Shown: piece after piece, positions 23,354-36,417 of the stretch
Position numbering within the stretch: position 1 is the first letter of the stretch
How the letters are laid out: each line of letters starts with the position of its first letter
Assembly: GCA_963693365.1 (NCBI GenBank)
Contig: CAVNZM010000014.1
Location: 6,014,001 to 6,078,000, forward strand
Source: Amoebidium appalachense
Taxonomy: Eukaryota; Protista; Ichthyosporea
Length of the DNA: 64,000 bases
Direction: 5' to 3'
Notes under the pieces: model-generated
What the model was told of the DNA's origin: nothing
Databases searched by the model: none
What the model saw: only the letters and a program-made list of their open reading frames with translations
Made by a program: the position numbers and the translations under genes

Positions 23354-26300
23354 CTATAATTTTGTAGTGATGTGTTTCTCAAGCCAATCAATACATCTAA
23401 TAAACAGGTCGTAGTTACGCGTGTTTAGTATAAAATCAAGGATGTTGTAATTTACAGGTAGGCTATCTTTCTGGGTGTCTGTTGTGAATGTGACGTGTGT
23501 GTGTTGCGGTATTATGTGGTCTATCAAACTACATTTGGCGATACATGACCGGTTAAACTGGTGTGTGTGTGTGTTGTTTGGGCATGCAAATGATGCCACC
23601 TTATACTTATTAGATCTCCACTGTATAGCACGTGTACAGTAAAAGCGTGGTAATTGATCAATAATACCATCAGCTAGAGAAAGACCAGTTCTACAGGAAG
23701 GTAATATGTATTTAGGTGTTATACACTTGCGAGTGCCATATTTGGCAATATGGTTGAGGCGGTCAGTATATATAAAACGAGACATAAGGCTTAGTTTTTC
23801 AAGGTGTATGCTTTCATCGGGTCTAGTGTCGTGTGGTATCTTTTTCCATTTGTTATATTGCGTGATTATCTTGTGATTGTGTACATGTTTAATAAGTAAG
23901 TGGCAGTCCAAAGTCACACACACACTATTGCGGGGTTTATTTGTATTTGTGCCCAGGGGAGAAGGGGAGAGAGAGGGGAGGAAAGAGGGGAGAGGTGAGG
24001 AGGGGACAGGTCGGATAGAGAAGAGAGGGTGGGAGGGCAAATACTTCTTTAAGCGGCTTATGTGCTTATTGAATTTCAGCGCGAGATAGGATACTCTAGC
24101 AGCTATTGGGACCAGACCATATATCGAGAGCGTTACAGGCCCAGGTTTACAACAGTTGTTAGATAGAAAGGAGGCAACTTCTGCTTCAAGGAAATTTGCC
24201 AAGGGTTTAAGCGCTCTAGTTCTCTCTTTCTTGATCCAAGCGGCGAGAAGGGGTAAACCATATTCACATGCCGGGAAGACAAAAGTGCGAATAAATGTAA
24301 GTCTAATAGAAGGATGGAGGGGTGTGTCTTTAAAAATATTAGCCGAGAAGAAAGCTAACCGCTTACGAGCCAACTCTACCCTCTTTTCGACCATATGGGG
24401 AAACATAACACCAACAGAATCAACCGGAACACCAAGATATTTGTATTCTGGAACTATAGGTACAGGTTTAGATGATAATGTAAATGTGTGTAAATTGTTA
24501 GCTATATCAGGTACAAGATCACCACATTTGTCTATGTTAAGGATCATAAGGTTTGCCTTGCACCACTCTGACACTACATCGAACAATCTTTGCAGGCGTC
24601 TAGGGGTACGGGCAAGGAGGGACAGATCATCAGCATAGAGAAGTGCAGGCGGAAAGTTATTAATAGGGTCATCGTTTTCGGCGTAAATCTTGACAGCCAA
24701 ATCATCTATAAATAGGTTAAACAAAAAGGGGCTAAGCAATGAACCCTGCAAGAGACCTCTAGTACGAGCAAAACCATATGAAAGATGCCCATTAACCACA
24801 GCTCTACCATAGGTTTGAGACAAGAGTGCTTCTAACAGAACACCAATGCAGTGTGGTACACCCCGTGCAGCAAGCTTTTCCCATAGGAGACCAGGGGAGA
24901 CAGAATCGTAAGCAGTTTTCCAATCAATAAAGCCAACATATTGTGCACCAACTTGCATAGAATCGTGCAGTGCCATTATTTGAACATAACATGAATTGTT
25001 TTTACGAAAAGCGGATTGGCATGGGTGTATGTGAAGAATAGATTGAAACCTAGGGTGATGTGCAAATAACCTAAGTAAGCAAGCTTCAAAGAATCTACGA
25101 ACAACCTGGGTTAGTGTAATGGGGCGAAAGGATGATATGGGGCCCTCAGAGTCCTTCTTAACTATGGGGATCACTAAGGTATCTAACCAAGATGACGGGA
25201 CATGTCCACATTTAACACACCAAGAAAAGAGAGAGCTTAACATGATAGTAAGATCAGGTTTAATAGCACGATCACTTTCCTTTTGTGGGTAGGAGGGAAC
25301 AAGGATTTTAAGAAACCCAGCAGGGAGTCCATCAGGTCCACAAGACTTACTAGAGCTATAACTAGATATCACAGACCATATGGCATCGGGACTGAAAAAG
25401 GGGAGGATCGATTCTATGGGGATAGATGGGTCTACAGGCCACACAATAGGTTTCTGAGCGGGGGTCCTATCTTTAAACAGTTCCGAGAAATACTTATCAG
25501 AGTCTATGAGGGGGTCTCCAGTGGTATCACCAATAATACGAGCAGGGGGGCCAAATCGATTCATACTAGCAATCCGGCGCAAGCTTTCCTTTTGAGACAG
25601 GGGTTCACCTAGTCTAGCGGGAGTGGTGTTTGGTAACAAGAGAGCATCGGGATATTCCTTCCTACCACCGCCAGCATAATCACCGAGATCTATCAAATCA
25701 TCAACAATAAAGTTAGTGCATGTATCTAGTACGAGATGTGAATCTGGCCTGGCTTGTGCAGATTCTAATAGGCGCATATATATAGGGTGTTTCGTAGCAT
25801 AGCATACACATACATCAACTCTACCCCACTGTGACTTAAGCTGGGATAGACGGAGGCGAAAGGTGGGAGGGGGAGGGGGGAGCAGATCAAGGGAGATCTT
25901 AGGTAGGAAAAGGATAGGAGAGTGGTCAGATGACCTAGAGAGGTTAGGAGGGAGAGAGAGTTTTGACATGGTTGATGGCCAAAAGGCCACTCCCCAGTCG
26001 GTGTTGTGGGCATGGGATATTTGAGGGAACCGCAAAGTGTGACTTTGGACATACCTTGCTAAAGGGATAGCACGCTCCGGGGGCTTAGATGGGTACCCGA
26101 CACTCATTTGCAGTGTGTCTGTGTGGTGGAGTCGCGTGTTAAAATCACCTAAAATAACAGTGGACATTGGTAACTGTGACAACTCGTGAGTCAATTCGAC
26201 AACCGACATAGATGGTGGGTAATATACAAAAGTAAAAACATTAGAAAGAAACTCTATAGAAACCGAGAATTCCGTTTTTGCTACCGGTTTGCACTTCACT

Positions 26301-26547
26301 CTCACGTGTGGTGCGGCAAGTACAATAATGCCTCGGTTTTTCGCGTAACCGGGGTGTGTGGATGTGTCGACCAATGTAGAGTTGAATTTGTGGTGGTTTT
26401 TAAACTGTGTTTCGCAAATCACTGTAAACGTGTGGTTGTTTGTCTGTTGTTGTATGTAGCTGATTTTATCGTCGAGTGTCCCGGGGGGAGGCCCTTTTGG
26501 GGGCCCAGTGTCCGAGCATTCCAGAAGAAGAAGGATAAATTAGGCAT
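23354..26547 (-). CDS. LINE ORF2: AP endonuclease plus reverse transcriptase
   Basis: APE motifs WNART, ICET, YYPP, ILGDFN, SDHSPI. RT motifs SCGPDG, FRPITL, QSAFR, FIDWKTAYDSV, GLLQGSLLSPFLFNLFIDDL, LYADD, YKYLGV. ATG 26547 overlaps the ORF1 stop and needs a -1 shift in the C-runs at about 26483-26503 to join ORF 23354..26422. Confidence 0.95.
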
Positions 26548-27724
26548 CGGTTTGGTCCGACACCTGTGGGGTTGGTTCCCACTTGTCGCTTACGGGGTCG
26601 TATGCACGACCTTCCGCCAGCGCGAACAGTTCGCAGAAGAGCTCGATTTCCATCTCGCATCGGCGTTTGCGCTCGAGCAGTTTCTCACCAGAAAACATTG
26701 GTTCCTTCGTGTCCGTGTCTATCACGCTCGTAGCATCGTTTTCCAACTTTGCGAGGAACTCTTTTGCCTTGCTGATGCGTACACGACAACGTGTGGCGCA
26801 CGCATTCTTAGCAGACACTTTACGTTCTTTGTCTGCTTTCTGAATGTTTTCCGGCGCGCATGGGTCGTAGCTTGGGAGGTGGGTGAAGAAGCTTCCACAC
26901 CCCTTTGTCGCGTCACGGATGAACGCACGGTTATAGTCGCCCCGTACTGCTACTTCCAGCACATCGTATCCAATGAAGGACAGACAAAGGATGCGAGAGC
27001 ACCGGAAGCCGAGAGCCTTGAAGATGGACCACATGGCCCTGTGTGGGCGTCTGCCGTGCTTGACTTTGAAATACACCCTCTCGTATTTGGGTGGGATGTT
27101 GATGTTACCGTTTGCTTGGGTGTTCCCCTTAGCCGGCGGTTTGGGAGGGGAGTTGCGGCGGTACTCGTTGCCTGCAAGAATGCTGGCATATGTTTCCTTG
27201 GCAATTTGGCGGAGCTCGGGTGTTTTACGAGAGTTCGCATATTCTAGGAACTCTGCCGGGAGCTGTGCTTCCGGTCCTGTGTTGTTTTGTGTTGGGGTGG
27301 AAATGTCTCCGTCGCGAGATGTTTGCTCATGAGTTTTGGGGTTTTGCGATCCACTAATGTTTAGCTGGGCTGTGAGTGAATCAATGGTGAGCTTGAGTTG
27401 GGTATTTTCTGTTTGGAGTTTTTCTATCATGTTCTTGAGTGGTAACAGCTCATTTAGCTGTTTCTTAACGAGGGCAAGTTCTGCCAGTACTGTATCAACC
27501 GAAAGTTTCGGCATGGTTGTTATTGTGTTTCTACGGAGTGGTGTGGTGTTATTCTGAATGGGTAGTGTATTGTAAATAGGTGTTGCGCTTAGTCTAAGGC
27601 GATGTTTTTCTGGTTGTGCATCTGTGGTAGGTGTATCTGCTGGACGTTTTAATGGTCGCACATGTGTGATGGGTGTAGATGGAACTTTGAAAGAGGTTCT
27701 GAAACGATTATAGGCATGTGCCAT
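26540..27724 (-). CDS. LINE ORF1 (coiled coil plus basic RNA-binding-like domain), 394 aa
   Basis: Intact ORF directly upstream of ORF2; heptad segment LAELALVKKQLNELL...LQTENTQLKLTIDSL; YASIL motif; no CCHC knuckle seen. Confidence 0.85.
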   Translation of the reverse strand: MAHAYNRFRTSFKVPSTPITHVRPLKRPADTPTTDAQPEKHRLRLSATPIYNTLPIQNNTTPLRRNTITTMPKLSVDTVLAELALVKKQLNELLPLKNMIEKLQTENTQLKLTIDSLTAQLNISGSQNPKTHEQTSRDGDISTPTQNNTGPEAQLPAEFLEYANSRKTPELRQIAKETYASILAGNEYRRNSPPKPPAKGNTQANGNINIPPKYERVYFKVKHGRRPHRAMWSIFKALGFRCSRILCLSFIGYDVLEVAVRGDYNRAFIRDATKGCGSFFTHLPSYDPCAPENIQKADKERKVSAKNACATRCRVRISKAKEFLAKLENDATSVIDTDTKEPMFSGEKLLERKRRCEMEIELFCELFALAEGRAYDPVSDKWEPTPQVSDQTDA

Positions 27725-27829
27725 GACATGGATGGGGGTGTTCCCCGGCCCTTAGGGCCACGGATGGCCTGGTTTAGGGGTGGATGCGCGAAGGATACTA
27801 TTTATTAGCAGATAATAAAGAGCGACATT

Positions 27830-27893
27830 TGAATCGATGTGTGCGACTGAATCGATGTGTGCGACTGAATCGATGTGTGCGACTGAATCGATG
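27830..27893. repeat. Perfect 18-bp tandem repeat TGAATCGATGTGTGCGAC, 3.5 copies
   Basis: Directly visible between the LINE 5' end and the next gene's start. Confidence 0.9.
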
Positions 27894-28236
27894 GCTAACG
27901 GCTTTGCATATCACTCTCACTATAAATACGCCGTGACTATACACTCTGTGCATGTTCGAGTTCGCCGCGCGCAAGTCCACAGTTTTCTCTTGCTGACATG
28001 TATACGTCGACCCGGTTTCTTACGCTGGCCACTCGGCCTTGTATTGAACCACCACTCGTATTGCACACGTACGTGCGCGTGTGTGTACATGCGGGTGTAT
28101 TACTGAGACGTTAGCTAGGGTAGTCAGGAACTGAGATTTAAGGCTAGGGTTTTTTTTTTTGGTTTTTTTTTTTTTTTTTTTGGTTGTGTTTTTGTGTTGC
28201 GAGTAGTGTAGCGCATACAGTGTGTTCCCGGCAAAA

Positions 28237-29402
28237 ATGGCGCGAGGAAGGGGCCAGATCAGAGGCCTTGCCTTCTTCTTTGTGGTTTCGTTCGTGCTGC
28301 TGGCGTCAATGCCCCAAACGGAAGGCTGTAAGTGACACCATATAATCGTTAATATTTTGTGTGAGTCGTTTTTTTTTGTTTGTTTTCTTCGTTTGTTTGT
28401 TTGCTTGTTGATATTTTAACGCGTTGTCAATATCTAAATAACGATCGATACGGTCGTAATCTTTGTATAGTATTATTGGCCATGAATTGGTTAGTTAAAA
28501 CACTGCACCCAGCCAACAATTTAATAGGTCTAGATATTAGGGCAAAGTCATCATTTTCGGCACATCAAATGACTACATATAATCCCCAACTGCATGCACA
28601 CACGCAGGTTGTGTCGTCCTCTTTATGACTCTTATGCGCTACCACAATGGTGACAACATATCTTACACTACCGTATATCTAACAACATTTCCCCACAGTC
28701 TTCTTCCTCTTCAAAAAAGGCAGCCCGCCGCCACCACCGCCACCGCCACCACCCCCACCGCCACCCCCACCACCACCCCCTCCACCCCCTCCACCACCCC
28801 CACCACCCCCACCACCACCACCATGCCCGGAACTCCTTTATTGGGCAAATAACGCCGTGGGTTGCCAACCGGTTCCCCCTTGCAACCCTGGTTCGTATTT
28901 TTACGTTCAGAGAATGTCTTGCCAGCCGTGCCCTGCCCTGACATACAATGTGGATGGGAAGAAGTGTCTCCCTTGTGCGGAGGGGTTGGTTCCGAATAAG
29001 GACAGAACCAACTGCGAGCCCTGCCCCATGGGTACCATTCGGGTAAGCATCCTGCGAATTATATATCATAAGTTATTTTATGTGTCACAGTGTAATTGTA
29101 TACCCGATTACATGTTCATTATCTGCGAAGTGGTATGTTTGTCAAGTGTGTGGTCGAATTTTTATTGTATTTACGATTACCATTTTTTTTTTGAGTTTTT
29201 TCTTTTGGATGTTCAAAGAAGGTTTCAGTATCGAATTGGATTTTCATTTATTGCCATTTTAGCGGAATCATAACATGCTTTCGCTTTATAATTGACTGAC
29301 TTTTCGTTTAGTGTGATTTTTTCTTGTGGGATTTCTTGCCAAGCATGGTGCGAAAAATACCATAGCTAGTTTCCAAGGGGTTGTTCCCCCGTAGAAACGA
29401 AC

Positions 29403-29469
<67 letters not shown>

Positions 29470-29936
29470 AACAAACAAACACACAGACCGGCAACACATG
29501 CAACCCGTGCCCCCCAGGCCAGTGGACCGACGCCGAACAGAAGAAATGCGAACCCTGTTCCCCTGGCACATATTCCGACCCCGCCAAGGGAGTCATGTGT
29601 GCCCCTTGCCCAATCAACCAAGTCACAAATGGTCAAAGATGTGTTAACTGCACAGTAAATCAGCAACCTGACCCTGACACTAAAAAATGTGTTCCCTGTC
29701 CGGTGGGAATGAGCACACCCGTCGCGGGTGAAATGTGCAAGGATTGCCCGCCTTGGCAGTACGCGGTTTCGGGTGGTGCGTGCACGAATTGCTCTGCGGG
29801 GCGGCAGCCGAAGCCTGACCAATCAGGATGCGAGCCCTGTCCCCCTGGATCGGTCAATAACATTACTGGAGGATTCTGTGGCCGATGCCCTCCCATGACT
29901 TATGCTGTCAGTGGTATGTTGCTTGATACCTCCTCC

Positions 29937-29977
<41 letters not shown>

Positions 29978-30628
29978 GCCCCCTTCCATGATAAAAAACA
30001 AAAACAAAATAAAGCAAACCGGTGATTCATATTTTTTAAATATTGAATGAATGACTAAAAATTAAACAGAAATGAAAGCAAAATGGCGAAGCAAAATATA
30101 GCGTCTGAACATCGATGCATACCTCAATGTTTTTCGTAGTTTGGAATCTGTACCTCACATCTATCAGCCAGTCTTCAAATCATGTGTCCAATTTACAATA
30201 ATGATCGAAGCTCCGGAAAAGTGTTTGAATAGAAAACAAACAAATTTCTATTCAAACACACATCCAAAGACCCCAAAATCACGTGACTCAGACCCAATCC
30301 CCACGCAGGAATCCGCTGCGACCCCTGCCCCCTCAACCAGGTCCCTAGCGATGACCAAACCAAGTGTGTTCCCTGCAAGGCCGGATTCACGTACGACCCA
30401 AAGATGAACGGTGATGAGTGTGTGCCCTGCCCCGTGGGCACATATTCTTTGGGTCAGGTGGGGGCTGGGTGCAGAAATTGCACGGCTGGACAGATGCCAA
30501 ATAATTTGCAGACGGGATGTATCCCGTGCACGGAAGGTAATTGTGTGAGTGTGGGTGTGTGTGGGTGTGGGTGTATTTGTGTGCGTGTGTGCATGATTTT
30601 TTGTGCATGTGCATGTGCATGTGTACGT

Positions 30629-30662
<34 letters not shown>

Positions 30663-32642
30663 GTGTGTGTGTGTGTGAGTGTGTGTATAGGTGGGTGGGT
30701 GGGTGGGCCAGGCACAAACACACACAATGTTACATGTACTAACACGGCTCCTCCGCCACCCACCCACCACCAATCCCACCTCCACCCCTCTCTCAAATTT
30801 AAAAATAAAATAAAAACACAGGAACCTACTCCCCATACGGCAACCTGTGCATGCCGTGCCCCAAGGGCACCTACTCGAACCTGGCCAAGTGTCTCAACTG
30901 CACCACCAACCAGCAGCCAAATGCAAAGCAGACAGCGTGCGAGCCATGCATAAAGGGTAAGCAGCGACGCATCACACACACACACACACACACACACACA
31001 TGCACATGCCATATTCACCCCACCCAACGCTCGCTACCTTATTACATACATACGCACCTGCTACCCCTATCCCCCTAACCCAAGTACCCACATACACACC
31101 CTCTCCCCGTCCCACTCAACCCCTCCCCCCCACCTCCCCCCCCCCCCCTGTGAATGTACATTTTCTACTGAGTAGCACATTCCAGGCTGAGCCCCCAACC
31201 CCCACTTCTAGCACCTTCTAATTTGCACATTCTAACCCCCCCCCCCCCCCCCCTTCATCTCCTCCCCCCTCCCTTCAGGACATGTCACACTCAGTAGCAC
31301 ATTCCAACCACCTCCCTCCCCCCTCCTCCCATAGCAATTCTAACCCCCCCCCCCCCCCCCCCCCTCCCCTCCCTCCCCCCCCCCCCCCTCCCCCCACCTC
31401 TCAGGATATGTAAGTGCACCGGGACAGATCTGCCAACCGGGCAGTAACATCACCGGCACCGTGTATGATGACAAAGACAGAAACGGCCAATACACTGTCG
31501 GTGAGGGACTTGGCGGTGTTACTGTTCGCCTAGTCTCTGCAACCGGCGCAACAATCGCCACCACTACCACAAATATCAACGGGTTTTACGAGTTTAACTC
31601 TCTTCCTGCCGGAAATTACACCATTGTGGTGGATAGTCCGTCTGGAAATTTGGCAATTAATCAGGATCCTGACCCCAAGGCACCATTGTGATTCTTGGCA
31701 CCTCCGAGACTGTGGTTAACGTGGATTTCCAGTATATCTCCACACAAGGTAAATCCCCTCCCTCCCTCCCTCCCTCCCCGCCCCTCTCCTTCCACTTACC
31801 ACCCCCCTATCACCCCTCTTACTCACCTTCCCAACCCAGCCCCTTTTTTTTAAAAAAGTACAAAAGTACAAAAAAGTACAAACATTGATGATGCTCATTT
31901 GTTCCTCCCTCCCCCCTCCCCCCCTCCCCCCCCCTTCCCCCCACCACCCAACACACACATGCACACTGCAGAAAGGTTTCTGCTATCATACTTATCCATT
32001 GTTCTCGTAGCTGCTGATACTCTTCCAACCATAACAGTAGTCACAATATTAGTTATAATAACCATACTAACAGTAACAATATTAGTTACAGTATAGCTAA
32101 TAATCCCCCCTCCCCCTCCCCCCCCCCCCCCCCCCCAAACTCCCCCATCCCCCCTCCAGCCACCATCCGTGGCACCGTGTACGATGACAGCACCACCCCC
32201 AACGGCCGCCCATCCACCGGCGAAGGAATCCGCGGTGTCACCGTTCAGCTCACAGATGCAAACGGGCGTGTGCTTGCAAATACAGTCACAGACCGATTGG
32301 GTCAATTTTCGTTCTTGGTACCCCCCGGAACTTTCATCGTGAAGGTTGTCCCAAGCACCGTGCCTGCAAGGCTGTCGTTGAGATATGAGACGGATAACAC
32401 CATCGATGGACAGATTACGGTATGTTCTAACCCCCCCCCCCCCCCCCCCCCCTCCCCTTCCGGCCTGCCCTCCTCTTCTTTCTGCCCCTTCCCCCCCCCC
32501 CCCCCCCTTTCCCCGTCCCCTCCCCTAAGCCTACCTCTACACACACACAAGCACACACCATCCTACGACCTCCCCTCCCCCAAACCCAAAACACACCCAC
32601 CCACTACATCGTTTCCTGCTGTGTTGCATTGTTCCCCCCCCC

Positions 32643-32691
<49 letters not shown>

Positions 32692-35519
32692 GAGCATGCA
32701 CGGACAAAGGGAATGTGCTAGGTAGACTGACCCCAGCGAACACCCACAGGTTACTGTCAAGCGCGGTGACGTCAAATGGGCCGATTTCGGTTACCTGCCC
32801 ACCGATGCCCCCACCACCTCATACCAGCCCGAGCCCACCCCAACCCCCACCAACGCCGGCACCATCAAGGGCATTGTGTTTGACGATCTCAATCGCAACA
32901 AGATCGCCGATGGCGGCGAGGGAATTCCCAACGTCACCGTTACGATTTCCGACGCAAGCGGTAATGTTGTGGCGCGCGTGCGCACCGACGCAAGCGGCGC
33001 TTATTCCTTCGTCAACGTGCGTTTCGGCTCGTATGTTATCTCCGTTGATACCCCCACCGGCGGATACCGCGCTTTTGTCGAACCTGACGTGGTTTTGGAC
33101 GGCCGCACACGCACAAGCGTTAGCGTCACCAAGCCCGTTTCCGACAACGTCAACTTTGGGTTCATTCGTAATGCTCCCCCACCAACCCCCACGCCTTCCC
33201 CTGTCCCCAACCCTACACCCGCCCCTACTCCTGCCCCGACCCCCGCTCCTACTCCGGCCCCCACACCTGCCCCTACTCCGGCCCCAACACCCGCTCCTAC
33301 ACCGGCTCCTACCCCTGCCCCTTCACCATACCCCGCCGGCCCCGGATCGATCACCGGAACCGTTTTCAACGATAAGGATGCCGATTACACGGTGACACCC
33401 GGCGAGGGTATTTCCGGCGTTGTTGTGACCCTTTATAACGACGCGACCAATAGGGTGATTGGTACTGTACGCACCGACGCTGCCGGCGTTTACCTTTTCC
33501 AGAAACTTCCAGTTGGTTCTTACCGCGTGGTGGTTTCCCCCCCGGCGGGCCTTGTTGCTGAGGTTGACCCGGATGATGTGTTGGATAGCAAGACGGTCAC
33601 GGAGATTACGACCGATTTCCCTGACGTCACTGATCTCGATTTCGGATACATCGCCGGAAACCCCGCGCCATCTCCGGCCCCCACTCCCGCACCTACTCCT
33701 TACCCAACCCCCGCACCCACACCCGCCCCCACACCGGCGCCAACTCCCGCTCCTACACCTTCTCCTACCCCTGCCCCCGGCCCGCTGGGATCAATCTCCG
33801 GGACCGTATTTGAGGATCAAAACGGCGACGGCAAGCCGAGCATGGATGGTAGCGAGGGTGTCCTGGGTGTCACTGTCACACTCACCCCCAACCTTCCCGG
33901 TGGCCGCATCACGACGGTTCAAACGACACGCAGCGGCACATATTCCTTCCCCAACCTCCCAGCAGGCACGTACACCGTCACGGTGGTGGCCACAACGCTA
34001 CCCGCGGGCCTGACCCAAACCGTTGACCCTGACCCGACCCGTTACAGCACCACCACCGTCACGCTTACGTCGGCTCAGCCCTCATGCACAATGGTCGATT
34101 TTGGCTACCAACGTCCCCCTGCACCTACCCCAACCCCCCGCTCCCACCCCGGCCCCTACTCCCGCGCCCACCCCCGCCCCTATGGGTCAGGGTAGCATTA
34201 GCGGAACCATTTTTGAAGACAAGGACGGAGATGAGCCCACCCCCGCCCCTATGGGTCAGGGTAGCATTAGCGGAACCATTTTTGAAGACAAGGACGGAGA
34301 TGAGCTCCCAGCGGAGGATGGATCGGAGGGTATCAAGGGCCTTACGGTGGGTCTTTTCACCCCCACCAGCGGCGCTACACCAATTAAAACCACCGTCACG
34401 GACAACAATGGTTTCTATTCGTTCGACAAGTTGCCCTTTGGCCAATACGGCGTGCAGATACTTCAGAGTTCGGTCCCCGCCGGCCTGACGCTCACAATCG
34501 ACCCAGATGAAACGGTCGACGCTCAGACCACCGTCACTCTGACCGCCGCCGATCCGTCGATGGATATGCTCGATTTCGGATATGTTCGAAATGGATACCC
34601 ACCCGCTCCTACACCCGTACCTGTCCCCAACCCTACCCCTGCCCCAACCCCGGCACCTACTCCCGCTCCTACGCCTGCCCCTACCCCGGCCCCGACGCCC
34701 GCCCCTACCCCGGCGCCTATGGGCAACGGAAAGCTGAGCGGCACTGTGTTTGAAGATAAGGACGGAGATGAAGCGCCCATTGAGAACGGCTCGGAGGGTA
34801 TTCCAAGCGTGACCGTCGGCCTGTTTTCGACCGCAAACCCCGCCGCCCCTATCCGCACCATCACCACCAACGCCAAGGGAGAGTACATGTTCGACAACCT
34901 CCCCCTAGGAACATACACGGTGCAGGTTCTCTCGTCGAGCGTGCCTACGGGTCTTACCCTGCTCGTCGATCCCGATGAAACCACCGACGGGAAGACATCG
35001 GTCACGCTTACCACGGACGATAACGAAATTACTATGCTCGATTTCGGTTACATCCGTAGCGGATACCCACCCGCTCCTACGCCTGCCCCTACCCCTGCCC
35101 CTACTCCGGCACCCACCCCGGCGCCGACTCCCGCTCCCACCCCGGCCCCGACGCCCGCCCCCGGACCCAACCCCAACAAGTGTAGTCTTAAGGGGTATGT
35201 TTTCCGCGACTACAACGGCGACCTTCTCTTTAACCCGGGCGAGGGTCTTAAAGGAGTCGTGGTGAACGTTAAAGACGCCATGGGTAAGACCGTCGCTCCG
35301 GCAACGACGGACTCTGACGGTCTTTATTACGTTTTGACGCTTCCCCCCGGCACATATACTGTTGTTGTTGACCCCACAACCGTCCCCAAGAAATTGGTGG
35401 CGGTGGTCGATAATGACAGCGTGCCCAATGGGAGCACGACAATTACCATTAAGACCCCCACCGATGAGGTGAAGAACGTGAATTTCGGATACGACCAGGG
35501 GTATGCCGAGGCACGTTAA
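28237..35519 (+). CDS. Large secreted modular protein: signal peptide, poly-Pro, CxxCxxG Cys-rich (GCC2/GCC3-like) repeats, eight SdrD-B/Cna-B-like domains joined mostly by (PTPA)n linkers
   Basis: Exons 28237-28327, 28699-29042, 29487-29913, 30309-30536, 30822-30956, 31405-31748, 32160-32419, 32750-35519 with matching splice phases. Domain consensus GxIxGTVFxDxxxDG...EGIxGVTVxL...TTxxGxYxFxxLPxGxYxV...DPD...DFGY. Frame breaks near 31678 and 34135; no C-terminal TM segment. Confidence 0.85.
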
Positions 35520-36345
35520 GATTTTCTCTTGTTGCTTTCACCATGAGGACACCCCCACAGGGAGGTGAAAATTTGGAAATTTCGGAAACTCTTTAGTTCG
35601 TTACGCTTTACGATTAGGGCACCTCCCGCAGGGAGGCAAGAATTGGGGAAATTTTGTTAGATTATAACAATAGTCGTGACAGATTATCAGTAACCATGTT
35701 TGTTTGTATAACCTTACATGTAGACATCTTTGTATAGCATTTAGTGCAACATCATCATCTTTGTATAGCATTTAGTGCAACAACATCAGGGTAACGTATC
35801 ATGACTACACACCGTGTGTGTATGCCGCCGCAGCTTGTCTTTAGCCTAACCCTGCCAAATCATTAAAATTATATTTAGCTACAACTAAAATGTTTGGTAC
35901 CCCCCCCCCCCCCCCCCCCCCCCCCACCCACCCACTACCACCACCACCACCATCACCTGGTCCACCACGCACACACACACTACCACCACCACCCCTGTTC
36001 CCGCCCGCCCACCAACCCGCTCGTGTCCAAATTGAACATGTACACACACCCTATAACCACCGCACAAACCTCTCCTATACTCTGCCCTCCCCCGCCATTG
36101 TAGGGGCAAAATGGCCCGGGAGGGCTTTCGTTTTGTGGCAGGGACTCTGCATAAAGAGGAGAGGACGTGTGTGTGGGAGGATGACCGGTGGTGGCGGTGG
36201 TTCAGCTGAGAGTGGCGAGTCACCAGAAAAAAGGTGTGGTGTCGATTGCAGGGTCACCGTGGGGATGGGGGCCGCGGGGAAAGGGGGGGGGGGGGGGGGG
36301 GGGGGGGGCTTGGTTCTTATGTCTTGTTTTGTGTGTGTGTGCACG

Positions 36346-36417
<72 letters not shown>

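Larger units (their letters stand above)
23253..27800 (-). mobile_element. Near full-length two-ORF non-LTR retrotransposon (APE-RT LINE); distal 3' UTR missing, 5' boundary approximate
   Basis: ORF1 plus ORF2 in tandem; three 3'-anchored truncated relatives in the window. Confidence 0.93.

Noticed and set aside
26186-27247. 353-aa ORF antisense to the LINE ORF1/ORF2
   Set aside because: Shadow frame with no motifs; the same applies to antisense ORFs over 472-1562, 33001-35014 and 49925-50599.
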